A stretch of 64,000 bases of DNA from a bacterium. Lineage in GTDB: Bacteria > UBA8248. The stretch spans positions 960,001 to 1,024,000 of the forward strand of contig CBDATS010000004.1 in NCBI GenBank assembly GCA_965200245.1. The letters are read 5' to 3'. The first letter of the stretch is position 1. Every line of letters begins with the position of its first letter. Shown here piece after piece: positions 1 to 9,460 of this stretch. Below the pieces are notes generated by a model. The model saw only the letters and a program-made list of their open reading frames with translations. It had not been told where the DNA came from and did no database searches. Made by a program: the position numbers and the translations under genes.

Positions 1-226
1 TCTCCTCCACCACCAGGACCGCCTCGATGAGCGGACGTTCGGGGCCGCCGAATTCCTTCGGGATGTTCATGCCCATGAAGCCGGACTCGGCCAGAACCTG
101 TGCGTTTTCCCAAGGATATTCCTCGGTCTCATCCCAATACGCCGCCCTGGGCGCTATCCTGCTCTCCGCTATATCGCGCGCCTTTTCCTGTATTTTCCGT
201 TGCGAGTCGGTGAGGTCGAAGTCCAC
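1..226 (-). CDS. Acyl-CoA dehydrogenase, N-terminal part (runs off window start)
   Basis: Not in ORF track. Manual translation from GTG at 226 gives MDFDLTDSQRKIQEKARDIAESRIAPRAAYWDETEEYPWENAQVLAESGFMGMNIPKEFGG, a typical ACAD N-terminus. AGGAGG RBS upstream. Confidence 0.85.
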   Translation of the reverse strand, partial: MDFDLTDSQRKIQEKARDIAESRIAPRAAYWDETEEYPWENAQVLAESGFMGMNIPKEFGGPERPLIEAVLVVEE

Positions 227-452
227 CGCGGCCTCCTTTCAGGTGAAAGTGGAGGAAGGCTTGCGAGAATCCGTTATGCAACGACTCGCCCGAGCACGCA
301 AGGGGGGAGAAGGAGAGCCTGTTCGCGAACGGTCCCGGCAGCCCGAAAAATTACCCGGACCCCTGCGACAGGTTGCGGCCCGTCTCTGCCGAAAGACACG
401 ATCCCTGCCTGGCCTGCAGGCAATCGCTCCTCCACCGGCAGCGATTGACCCC

Positions 453-1208
453 CTACCTTCCCGTGAAACGCGGCAGCCTTTTCTCCCTGAAGGCGCGGAC
501 GCCCTCTTCTGCGTCTTCCGTCTCGAGGAGGCGTTTCAGGATCACGTCGCCGAACCGGAGCGCATCTTCCATCGTCATGTCGAGCGCGCGGACGGTGATC
601 TCCTTGATGGCGCGTACAGCAAGCGGTGCGTTCGCGAGCACCCGCCGCGCGATCTTCTCGGTTTCCTCCAGAACCTTTTCTCGGGGAACCACCTTGTTCA
701 CGAGGCCGAGTCCCAGCGCGGTCTCCGCGTCGATGGGCTCGCCGGTGAACAGATGATAGTGGGCGAGGTTGAAAGGAAGCAGCTTCGCCAGGAGAATCGG
801 TCCGCTGACGGAGGAGATGCCGCGCATTGCCTGGGGCCAGCCGAGCTGCGTATCCTCGGCCATCACGCGCACGTCGCAGGAAAGCGCGATGCCCGCCCCG
901 CCCGCCAGACAGAATCCGTTGATGGCGGCGAAGCAGGGCTTGTACAACTCCATGATGACCTGATAGAGGTCCGATACGGGCTTGACTTCCCTGTCCCGGG
1001 GTGGCGGTTCGGTGAGGTCGTGCCCGCTCGAAAACGCTTTCCCGTTTCCTGTGATCAGACAACCCCACACGCCGGGGTCGCGTTCCATCTCGTCGAACAG
1101 CGCAAAGATGCGCTCGCTCATCTCGTGATTGATGGCGTTCATCTTCTTCGGCCTGTTCAGCGTGATACAGGCCAGCCTGTCCCTCACCTCGTATTCCACC
1201 AGCGCCAT
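453..1208 (-). CDS. Enoyl-CoA hydratase/isomerase (crotonase family)
   Basis: ITLNRPKKMNA, FSSGHDL, AAINGFCLAGG and C-terminal EGVRAFREKR crotonase motifs. Confidence 0.9.
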   Translation of the reverse strand: MALVEYEVRDRLACITLNRPKKMNAINHEMSERIFALFDEMERDPGVWGCLITGNGKAFSSGHDLTEPPPRDREVKPVSDLYQVIMELYKPCFAAINGFCLAGGAGIALSCDVRVMAEDTQLGWPQAMRGISSVSGPILLAKLLPFNLAHYHLFTGEPIDAETALGLGLVNKVVPREKVLEETEKIARRVLANAPLAVRAIKEITVRALDMTMEDALRFGDVILKRLLETEDAEEGVRAFREKRLPRFTGR

Positions 1209-1231
1209 GTCGCCCTTTCCGTTTCGCAAGA

Positions 1232-2020
1232 CTAGCCGCCTAGCAGATGCGGCATCAATTCATCGAGTGTTTTCACTTCCAGGTCCGCCGTCACGTCCGG
1301 GTCCCCGGCAATCACGCCCCAGCGGTTCACCCACACGGTAGCCATTCCCACCCTCTGGCCGCCGGCAATGTCCGTCCTCAGGTTGTCCCCCACCATCACG
1401 GCGTGGTGTGCCTCCACGCCCAGTTCCCCGAGTGCTTCCTCAAACAAAAAAGGTTCGGGCTTGCCGAACAGCACCGGCTCACGCCCCGCCGCCGCCTGCA
1501 CTGACGCCATGATGGCGCCCCCTCCAAGCGAAAACGAACCATCCTCCCTCGGCAAACGCACGTCGGGGTTCATGGCGACGAAGTGCGCCCCCCGGCTCAC
1601 CGCCCGCGCGGCGGCACTCAGCGTCTCGTAGGTGAGATCCTCGTCCAGACCGACGAGCACGATGTCGGCTCTTTCTTCCTCCTCAGGCCCCAATATCCCG
1701 AAACCGCCTGATGCGACTGCCCTCCTGAGCGAATCCGTCCCCAGCACATACGCACGGCCCAACCCGTAGTTCTTTCTCAGGAACGAGCCGACGCGGTCCA
1801 GTGCAGCCACGATGAGGTTCTCCCCGGGATCGATACCGAGCCCCGCCATGTGGGCGCGAATCTCTGCCTCCGTGCTGCGGCTGATGTTCGTGACAAAGCG
1901 GTGCGGGAGATTCCTGGCCTTGATGGCTCGCATCAACTCCCGTCCGCCGGGCATCACCTCGTCTCCGGCAAAGAACACCCCTTCGAGGTCGAATACGAAA
2001 GCCTTCCTGTCATGAAACAT
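1232..2020 (-). CDS. HAD-IIA family hydrolase (NagD-like phosphatase)
   Basis: FDLEGV motif I, VTN, NPD, GKP and MVGDNLRTDI motifs. Confidence 0.85.
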   Translation of the reverse strand: MFHDRKAFVFDLEGVFFAGDEVMPGGRELMRAIKARNLPHRFVTNISRSTEAEIRAHMAGLGIDPGENLIVAALDRVGSFLRKNYGLGRAYVLGTDSLRRAVASGGFGILGPEEEERADIVLVGLDEDLTYETLSAAARAVSRGAHFVAMNPDVRLPREDGSFSLGGGAIMASVQAAAGREPVLFGKPEPFLFEEALGELGVEAHHAVMVGDNLRTDIAGGQRVGMATVWVNRWGVIAGDPDVTADLEVKTLDELMPHLLGG

Positions 2021-2030
2021 GACGGGCCTC

Positions 2031-3227
2031 TCAAATCGCCTTGCGCTCTTTCAACCTTTCGATTTCCGCATCGCTCAGATCGAGCACTTCCTTGAGCACC
2101 TCTTCGGTATGCTCGCCCATCAGGGGCGGCGGCGAGGGTTTCGCGCCCCAGGTGCCATCCATCTTGATGGGCGTGTTGAACGTGTACATCTCTCCAAGTT
2201 CCGGGTGCGTCATCTGCACCACCATCTCACGCGAGCGCGTTTGCGGGTCGTCGAGCGCCTCGTCAATGCCCTGAATCGGCCCGCAGGGCACCCCGTGCGA
2301 CTCGATTCGCTTTATCCAGTGCTCGGCAGTGTTCGTCCTGTAGGTTTCCGAGAGCCTGGCGTCCACGTACTCGCGGTTCTCGAGGCGGGTGGGCCGATCC
2401 TTCATCCTGGGATCGTCCTTCCATTCCGGATGGCCCAGCGCATCGCAGAGACTCTCGAAGAAATGGTCCAGAATGGCGTCCAGCACGAGCCACTTGCCGT
2501 CGCCGCACTGGTACGCGCCGATAGGAACGGCGGATACGTGTCCCGTGCCCATCGGCTTCGCCACGTCGCCCGCCGTCAGATAGTACTGTGCGCGATAGCT
2601 CGCGAGGTAGAGCTGGCTGTCCAGGAGCGAGACGTCTACCTTCTGGCCAACGCCTGTCCGTTCGCGCCTGTAGAGCGCAGCCAGAATCCCGTGGGCGGCG
2701 AACAGGCCACCTCCCATATCCCCCATCGGAACGCCCAGGCGCACGGGCGGCCTGTCCGGCTCGCCGGTGAAGCTCATGATGCCACCGCGACCCTGGATGA
2801 TGAGGTCGAGCGCCGGCTTGTCCTTCTCGGGACCGGTGAGTCCATAACCGGTGACAGAAGCGCTGATGATCCCGGGGTTTACCTTCCGGAGCGTTTCGTA
2901 GTCCACGCCGAGCCGTTCCAGGACGCCCGGGCGGTAGTTGTCATAGACGACGTCGGATCGCTTCACCATCTCGCAAAAAATGCGGTAGCCCTCCCCGTCT
3001 TTCAGGTTCAGGAAAATGCCCCGCTTGTTCCTGTTGAGAGCGATGAAGTAGGCGCTCGTCTCGCCGACGTAGTGCGGCGGCATGGTGCGGACGAGGTCGC
3101 CCCGACCGGGCACCTCTATCTTGATGACGTCCGCGCCCAGATCGGCCAGCACCATGCTGCCGTAAGGGCCTGCGAGCAGGGCGGAAAGATCGAGAATGCG
3201 CACGCCCTCCAGCGGCTTGTTCAACAC
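2031..3227 (-). CDS. Class III CoA-transferase (CaiB/BaiF family)
   Basis: PLEGVRILDL, AGPY, LGADVIKIE, NRNKR and NYRPG motifs. Start placed at GTG 3227 behind a GGGGA RBS. Confidence 0.9.
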   Translation of the reverse strand: MLNKPLEGVRILDLSALLAGPYGSMVLADLGADVIKIEVPGRGDLVRTMPPHYVGETSAYFIALNRNKRGIFLNLKDGEGYRIFCEMVKRSDVVYDNYRPGVLERLGVDYETLRKVNPGIISASVTGYGLTGPEKDKPALDLIIQGRGGIMSFTGEPDRPPVRLGVPMGDMGGGLFAAHGILAALYRRERTGVGQKVDVSLLDSQLYLASYRAQYYLTAGDVAKPMGTGHVSAVPIGAYQCGDGKWLVLDAILDHFFESLCDALGHPEWKDDPRMKDRPTRLENREYVDARLSETYRTNTAEHWIKRIESHGVPCGPIQGIDEALDDPQTRSREMVVQMTHPELGEMYTFNTPIKMDGTWGAKPSPPPLMGEHTEEVLKEVLDLSDAEIERLKERKAI

Positions 3228-3255
3228 GGATTCCCCCACGAAAGATACGTCATCG

Positions 3256-3663
3256 TTACGCGGCCACGTTTTTCCGGATATAGGAGACGACCTGATCCAT
3301 CTCCGCATGGTGGTTGAAGACCTCGGCTATCCCCAGGGATTTAAGCTGTGCCACGTCGCGTTCCAGGATGTTCCCGCCGAATATGACGAGGCAATCATCG
3401 AGACCCTCTTCCCTGACTCTCCCCATGAGCCTGCGCGCAATCCCCATGTAGGAGCCCGAAAGTATGCTCAGGCCGATCACGTCCACGTTCTCCTGTATGG
3501 CAACGGATACGATCTGCTCGACCGTCTGCCTGAGCCCCGAGTAGATCACCTCTATGCCAGCGTCCCGAAGCGCATGGATGATGACCTTGACGCCCCGGTC
3601 GTGACCGTCGAGGCCCGGCTTCGCCATCAGAACCCGTATGCGTTTGTCCTGTGTCGGCATCAC
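3256..3663 (-). CDS. Acyl-CoA mutase small subunit, cobalamin-binding domain
   Basis: KPGLDGHDRG (DxHxxG base-off motif), GLSILSG, FGG. Confidence 0.92.
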   Translation of the reverse strand: MMPTQDKRIRVLMAKPGLDGHDRGVKVIIHALRDAGIEVIYSGLRQTVEQIVSVAIQENVDVIGLSILSGSYMGIARRLMGRVREEGLDDCLVIFGGNILERDVAQLKSLGIAEVFNHHAEMDQVVSYIRKNVAA

Positions 3664-5309
3664 ACCACGGAGGGTTCCACGTAGATACCGAAGGCACCGC
3701 GCATCACGCCGGTCATCTCCCCCACCGTGAGACGCGCGCGGGCAGCGTCCATGAGACAGGGCACGAGGTTCTCGCTCGACTCACACGCCCTTGCCAGTCT
3801 TTCAAACTGCGCAGCCGCTTCGTCCTCGTCGCGGACGGCCTTCACGCGCGCGAGGCGTTCCCTTTGTTTTTCGAGCACAGAATCATCCACCTCGTGGAGA
3901 CCCTCGCCTGCGCTCATGCGGTATTCCTCTTCGGAAGTGAACCTGTTCACACCCACCCACACCTGTTCACCTGTGGCAATCTTCTGCTGGTGCCCGTAGG
4001 CCTGCCGCGCCAGGAGTCTCTGAATCTCGCCGCTTTCGATGAAAGGAACGATTCCGCCCCGCGATTCGTAATCATCCACTATGGCCTGGATTTCCTCTTC
4101 CACCTGATCCGTCACCACCTCCACCGCATAGCTGCCCGCCAGCGGGTCCACGGTATCGGCCACGCCGCTCTCGTGCGCGATGACCTGCTGGATCCGGAGC
4201 GCGGTGCGGATGGACTCGTCAGAGGGAATCTCGAATGCCTCATCGAAACACGCCATGTTGACCGAGCGCGTACCGCCCAGCACGGCAGCCAGGGTGTAGA
4301 GCGTCTGGCGCACGATGTTGTTGAGCGGTTCACGCGCCGCCATGCGGCTTCCGCAGTTTCCGGTCGAGAACTTCAGTTGCATGGTCCTGGGATTTTCCGC
4401 GCCGTATTTCTCCTTCATGGTTCGCGCCCAGATGCGCCGCGCGGCGCGCAGCTTGCCGACAGACTCAAGCAGGTTGAACGGCCCCACGCCTCCCCCGACG
4501 GAGAGATGAAACGACATGGTGGGTACGAAATCGTCCACGTGGAGGCCGCGCCCGGTGAGTTCCCTGATGTAGGCCAAGGCGTTCAGGATGGGAAAGGCGA
4601 CGTCCTGCGCGAGAGTGGCGCCCGTTTCGGCGATGTGGGTGGCCGAGACACTGATGGCGTTCACGCGCGGGCAGTGCCTAGCATTGTATTCAATGATGTC
4701 GGCCACCAGGCGCATGGAGGGTCTCGGGGGAAATATCCAGGTACCCCGGCCGATGTATTCCTTGAGCATGTCGTTCTGGAAGGTTCCACGCAGCCTGTCC
4801 AGCGCGACCCCCTGGCGCTCGGCAGCGATGAGCCAGAACGCCTGGATGATGGCGGCGGTGGAATTGATGGTGTGCGAGACGCTGACCCTATCGAGCGGTA
4901 TCCCGTCGAAAACGTCCACCATGTCCTCGGCGGTGTCCACGGCGACACCGAGGCGTCCCACATCGTCCCGGGCGGCCTCATCGTCAGAATCCAAGCCAAG
5001 CTGCGTGGGCAGATCGTAAGCCATCGAGAGGCCCGTCTGGCCGTTTGCGAGCAGGAACCGAAAGCGCGCGTTGGTGTCCGTCGAGGTGGAAAAGCCCGCG
5101 TACTGGCGCATCGTCCAGAGCGAACCCCGGTACATCGTGGGATAGATGCCCCGTGTGTAGGGGTATTCTCCCGGTGTGCCGAGTTTTTCCCGATACGCGG
5201 CATCGGGTGCTTGGGGCTCGTACACAACGGGTACGGGCTTGCCCGAGTTGTAGACCGCTTCACGTACAGGACGCTCTTTTCCCGCGCCATTGTCTCCGGC
5301 TTTCGCCAT
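3660..5309 (-). CDS. Methylmalonyl-CoA mutase-family large (substrate-binding) subunit, divergent
   Basis: PGEYPYTRGIYPTMY, WTMRQYAGF, QNDMLKEY and DPLAGSY motifs. Overlaps the small-subunit start. Confidence 0.9.
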   Translation of the reverse strand: MAKAGDNGAGKERPVREAVYNSGKPVPVVYEPQAPDAAYREKLGTPGEYPYTRGIYPTMYRGSLWTMRQYAGFSTSTDTNARFRFLLANGQTGLSMAYDLPTQLGLDSDDEAARDDVGRLGVAVDTAEDMVDVFDGIPLDRVSVSHTINSTAAIIQAFWLIAAERQGVALDRLRGTFQNDMLKEYIGRGTWIFPPRPSMRLVADIIEYNARHCPRVNAISVSATHIAETGATLAQDVAFPILNALAYIRELTGRGLHVDDFVPTMSFHLSVGGGVGPFNLLESVGKLRAARRIWARTMKEKYGAENPRTMQLKFSTGNCGSRMAAREPLNNIVRQTLYTLAAVLGGTRSVNMACFDEAFEIPSDESIRTALRIQQVIAHESGVADTVDPLAGSYAVEVVTDQVEEEIQAIVDDYESRGGIVPFIESGEIQRLLARQAYGHQQKIATGEQVWVGVNRFTSEEEYRMSAGEGLHEVDDSVLEKQRERLARVKAVRDEDEAAAQFERLARACESSENLVPCLMDAARARLTVGEMTGVMRGAFGIYVEPSVV

Positions 5310-5494
5310 TGTTCACTCCTGCGCCGGCGAACGAAAATCACTCGCGCGCGGGTACACAAAGAACAGAGTATGTCTCCCTATTGATTATCACACTCTCCCC
5401 CCGAGGCCAACGAGATCACCGGTCCCCATTGACCCGGAACGCCCCGACGGAGAGAATCAGGAAATTCGACACCCCAAAGGAGGAGAACCGACAC

Positions 5495-6274
5495 ATGAGC
5501 CATTCTCTTTTTGATCTGGGCGGCGCAAAGGCGCTCGTCACCGGTGCCGCGCGCGGCATCGGACGCACACTGGCAGAGGGTCTCGCCGCAGCAGGCGCGG
5601 ATGTCGCCATCGCGGACATCGACATCGGACCCGCGGGCGAGGCGAAAGAAGCCATCGAGAAAATGGGCCGCAAATGCGTGCTCACCCAGGCGGACGTGAC
5701 CGACATGGAATCGGCCGAGCGCATGGTGGCCGAAGCCGCCACAGCACTTGGCGGCCTCACCATTCTGGTAAACAACGCGGGCACGAACATCCGGAAAACG
5801 CTGTGGGAGATCAACGAGGCGGACTGGGACAGGGTGGTCGACCTCAACCTCAAGAGCATCTTCTTCATCACGCGGCGCGCGGGCGAGGAGATGAAAAAAG
5901 CGGGCGGCGGCAAGGTGATCAACATCTCCTCGCTGATGGGCTGGTCCGTCTTCAGGAGCCCCCGGAAACAGTGCTACGGGCCATATACGTCGTCGAAGAG
6001 CGGCCTCATCGGCCTGACGCGCGTTTTCGCCTCCGAGTATGCGACGGACAACATTCAGGTGAACGCCATCTGTCCCACCTACATCGAGACGGAACTCACC
6101 ACTTCCCTGAAAGAGGACGAACTCATCTACGACGCCATCTGCGCCAGGACGCCGATGGGCCGATTCGGGCAGATGAGCGAACTGGTGGGACCGGCCATTT
6201 TCCTTGCTTCCAGGGCGAGCAGCCTCGTCACGGGCACGTCGCTGCTGGTGGACGGCGGGTGGTATGCCATGTGA
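5495..6274 (+). CDS. SDR family oxidoreductase (KduD/gluconate-5-dehydrogenase-like)
   Basis: TGAARGIG, NNAG, YTSSK catalytic motif, VDGG. GGAGGAG RBS before ATG 5495. Confidence 0.9.
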   Translation: MSHSLFDLGGAKALVTGAARGIGRTLAEGLAAAGADVAIADIDIGPAGEAKEAIEKMGRKCVLTQADVTDMESAERMVAEAATALGGLTILVNNAGTNIRKTLWEINEADWDRVVDLNLKSIFFITRRAGEEMKKAGGGKVINISSLMGWSVFRSPRKQCYGPYTSSKSGLIGLTRVFASEYATDNIQVNAICPTYIETELTTSLKEDELIYDAICARTPMGRFGQMSELVGPAIFLASRASSLVTGTSLLVDGGWYAM

Positions 6275-7517
6275 AGGAAGGAGACGCGTTCTCCTGCTGA
6301 TGACGACGACCACCTACCGCGCCTCTGCCTACATGGAGGCGGCGGAGAAGATGGGACTGCGCCTCGCGGTGGGAACCGACAGGCCCGACCTTCTGGCCGG
6401 GTTGAACCCGGGCGGATCCATCACCCTCGATTACACAAAACCCGAAGCGGGCGCGGCCTCGATCAAATCGTTCGCAAAGGAGTTTCCGATAGACGCGGTT
6501 GCGCCCGTGGACGACGACACGCTCATCCTGGGCGCGATGGCCGCCGAGATGCTGGGACTGCCCTGCCATCCCGTGGAATCCGCCCGAACGACGCGGAGCA
6601 AATATGAACTGAGAAAGGTTCTTTCCGAAGAGGGTCTGCCGTCGCCCTCGTTCCGCCTCGTCTCGGCGCAGGAAGAACCGGAAAAAATCGCCTCGGGCCT
6701 GCATTATCCCTGCGTGCTCAAACCTACCTTTCTCGCCGCGAGCAGGGGGGTGATTCGCGCGAACGATGCGGCTGAATTCGCGGAAGCCTACCGCCGCATC
6801 GGCGCGATACTGGACGAGCCCGACACCATCGCGCGCGGCGGGGAAGAAGCGCGGATGATTCTGGTGGAGGATTATCTCGACGGCATCGAGGTGGCGGTGG
6901 AGGGCCTCGTCGTACGCGGCGAAGCGCACATTCTCGCGATTTTCGACAAGCCCGATCCGCTCGAGGGCCCTTTTTTCGAGGAGACCATCTACGTCACGCC
7001 CTCAAGGCTGCCCGAAGAAACACAGGCCACCATTCGCGAAGAAACCATACGCGCAGCACACGCTATCCGCCTGCGCGACGGTCCCCTGCACGCGGAACTC
7101 AGGATCACCGAGGATGGCCGGATCTGGGTGATCGACGTGGCGAGTCGATCCATCGGCGGAAAATGCTCGCGCACGCTCGAATTCGGCGGCGGCGCCTCGC
7201 TCGAATGCCTCATTCTCTCGCAGGCCCTGGGCATGGCACCCCCTTCCCTGAAACGCGAGAAAAGCGCCTCGGGCGTCATGATGATCCCTGTCCCCGGCGA
7301 GGGAACATTACGGGGGGTCGAGGGGAAGGAAGAGGCTCTGGCCGTACCTGACATCAAGGATATCGACATATCCATCCACCTCGGCGGCCGTGTGGTGCCG
7401 CTGCCGGAAGGGGAGAGATACCTGGGCTTCATCTTCGCCAGGGGGGAACGGCCCGAAGAGGTGGAGGCCGCCCTGCGCGCGGCCCACGGGAAACTCCGTT
7501 TCGATATCGGGGAATAA
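6264..7517 (+). CDS. ATP-grasp domain protein (L-amino acid ligase-like)
   Basis: YPCVLKP..ASRGV, LVEDYLDGIEVAVE, HAELR and IDVASR motifs. Start overlaps the SDR stop. Confidence 0.85.
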   Translation: MPCEGRRRVLLLMTTTTYRASAYMEAAEKMGLRLAVGTDRPDLLAGLNPGGSITLDYTKPEAGAASIKSFAKEFPIDAVAPVDDDTLILGAMAAEMLGLPCHPVESARTTRSKYELRKVLSEEGLPSPSFRLVSAQEEPEKIASGLHYPCVLKPTFLAASRGVIRANDAAEFAEAYRRIGAILDEPDTIARGGEEARMILVEDYLDGIEVAVEGLVVRGEAHILAIFDKPDPLEGPFFEETIYVTPSRLPEETQATIREETIRAAHAIRLRDGPLHAELRITEDGRIWVIDVASRSIGGKCSRTLEFGGGASLECLILSQALGMAPPSLKREKSASGVMMIPVPGEGTLRGVEGKEEALAVPDIKDIDISIHLGGRVVPLPEGERYLGFIFARGERPEEVEAALRAAHGKLRFDIGE

Positions 7518-7523
7518 CCAAGG

Positions 7524-7551
7524 AAAAAGGCTGGCCAACCGGCCAGCCTTT
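7524..7551 (-). terminator. Intrinsic terminator between convergent ATP-grasp and nfuA genes
   Basis: AAAGGCTGGCC-AACC-GGCCAGCCTTT hairpin with a U-run on the minus strand. Confidence 0.7.
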
Positions 7552-7570
7552 CATGTTCGATCGAGAAAAA

Positions 7571-8119
7571 CTATTTCTTCGTCGGTGCGTAGTAGGGGTT
7601 CGTGCCCGCTGCGTGGTCGGTTGTGTCAACCACCTGAATCTCGGGGTCCAATTGCTGCAACCGCGCCTCGACGCCTGACTTGAGCGTGACGTCCGCCATG
7701 CCGCAGCCCGCGCAGCCGCCCCCCATCTGCACGAAGACCCGCTTTTCCTCCACATCCAGCAGGCTGATGTAGCCGCCGTGGGACGCCACCGCCGGATTGA
7801 TCTCCGTGTCGATGATCTCCTGAATCTGACCGAGGAGGGACAAATCGCCCTCCGACAGCTCGCGCGTCACCTTGAAACCGCTCGTGGGTCCTTCGGTCAC
7901 GAATTCGATCTGGGCGGCCTCGGCTCTCGCAACATGCTCGGGCGCGGCGAAGACACCGAGCAGAGGATTCTCCACGCGGATGTACTGATCCGCATCCTCA
8001 TCCCGCACCAAGTCGAGCTTGTAACCGCCCTCGAAGCTGATCAGGATGCCGGCAAAACCACCGCCGTTCTGTTCCATGATTTCCTGTACCTTGTCCGCAG
8101 CCGCCTCGGTTATCTTCAT
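7571..8119 (-). CDS. nfuA: Fe-S biogenesis protein NfuA
   Basis: Degenerate A-type N-domain (MKITEAAADKV) plus NifU-C domain INPAVASHGG..GGGCAGC..TLK..DTTDHAAGTNPYY. Confidence 0.85.
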   Translation of the reverse strand: MKITEAAADKVQEIMEQNGGGFAGILISFEGGYKLDLVRDEDADQYIRVENPLLGVFAAPEHVARAEAAQIEFVTEGPTSGFKVTRELSEGDLSLLGQIQEIIDTEINPAVASHGGYISLLDVEEKRVFVQMGGGCAGCGMADVTLKSGVEARLQQLDPEIQVVDTTDHAAGTNPYYAPTKK

Positions 8120-8321
8120 GATATGGCTCCATCAATTTCATCCAGAGATAAAATATTCACCATTCCCACACGCCGATCAAGCATATCACGGCGCACCCCA
8201 AAAAACAAAAGATACCCCTTGGGGGTAGTGTCTCACTTTGAAATTTTCCAGAAATGATTGTACTTTCGTCATTGTCAAGTAGGATATATGTTTTCTTCAC
8301 TTCTCATCGGAGGGAATGAAT

Positions 8322-8523
8322 ATGGCTACTGGCCCACAGAGACAGAAAAGGCCGGGAGATGTGGTCGAGTGTGCTGTTCGTGTGGCACAGATTGCAACGG
8401 GTGAAACAGTGGAAACACAGACGGAAGGTCAGATATATGCCCGCAAGAGCGAGAAACCTTACCGCTGAACGCAGGAAAGAGATCGCACAGAACGGTGTGG
8501 CGATACGGTGGGCAAAGAAATAG
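8322..8523 (+). pseudogene. Small basic IS-associated protein, frameshifted
   Basis: MATGPQRQKRPGDVVECAVRVAQIATGE.. stops at 8468. Another frame continues ARARNLTAERRKEIAQNGVAIRWAKK* to 8523. Together they resemble the small KRPADV..RRSEIA..RW proteins I recall beside this IS group. GGAGG RBS present. Confidence 0.55.
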
Positions 8524-8575
8524 GAATTTTATGTACTGACCCATTGGAAATAACCTTGGCAATGGAATTGAGGAC

Positions 8576-9460
8576 ATGGCAAGAGTAGTTGGCTTCATCA
8601 GCGAAAAGGGCGGAACAGGCAAAACTACGGCTTGTTATCACATTGCTGTGGCACTTCAACGTTACCACGACAAGCATGTATTGGTGGTTGACACTGACTA
8701 TCAGAGAGGTGGGATAACCGGGCGATTTTTCCCTGATCTCATAGAACCATTCGGCTCTGGTGAGATAAGTGGTACGACTGTGTTCCATAAATTCCAAGAA
8801 CTCTACAGCGCTGGAGAACGTTCTCCTGAAGTAGATATTCGGACGTGGAAGAATTGTATTGATGTAATCGTTTCCGATCCCCGTCTTTCGAGTGTCACTC
8901 AAGACAGACTTCCAAGCACTCACAATATTCGAGACAATAATAGATCTCTTTTGAAGCATCTCCAAGTAATTGATTACGTCCTCGACAATATCAAGGGTGA
9001 CTATGATTATATTTTGATTGATAGTCATCCTGAAGTATCTGACGTTTTACGTTCTGTCATTTATTCTTCCGATTACTGCGTTTCTCCGGTAAAATTTGAC
9101 CGACAATCCTCCATTGGTGTTGCTACTGTTATGGGTGAAATCAGCAATGTGAATGCTGATGTGCAACTCATCAAGAATAGCCTGGACGGAGATCTCCAAT
9201 ATACGGATACAATATTTTCTGGCTCGATGGGAATGATGACCCGAGAATGGCGCGGAGACTTGAAACAAACGGAGGACATAGAGCGTAATCGACTACGGCG
9301 GACAGGAGGTGTATTTGAAACCCACGTTACCGAGGGTGATGGATTGCGAAGAGCCCTGTTGGACAGAAAGTCCGTGTATGATGTCAGCGGCAATAACGCT
9401 GGCAGGCAAGCGGATCAGTTTCGCAAATTGACTCGCGAGTTCCTGGAGAAGTGTCCATGA
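8576..9460 (+). CDS. ParA/Soj/MinD-family ATPase, orphan (no parB)
   Basis: Deviant Walker A EKGGTGKTT, VLVVDTDYQ, Walker B YDYILIDSHP. Confidence 0.88.
   Translation: MARVVGFISEKGGTGKTTACYHIAVALQRYHDKHVLVVDTDYQRGGITGRFFPDLIEPFGSGEISGTTVFHKFQELYSAGERSPEVDIRTWKNCIDVIVSDPRLSSVTQDRLPSTHNIRDNNRSLLKHLQVIDYVLDNIKGDYDYILIDSHPEVSDVLRSVIYSSDYCVSPVKFDRQSSIGVATVMGEISNVNADVQLIKNSLDGDLQYTDTIFSGSMGMMTREWRGDLKQTEDIERNRLRRTGGVFETHVTEGDGLRRALLDRKSVYDVSGNNAGRQADQFRKLTREFLEKCP

Noticed and set aside
3651-5384. 577-aa plus-strand ORF (also 27-1235 and 2019-3317)
   Set aside because: Antisense shadows of the mutase operon genes.
5310-5494. Cobalamin riboswitch upstream of the B12 mutase
   Set aside because: No B12-box or conserved core seen, and the region is short.
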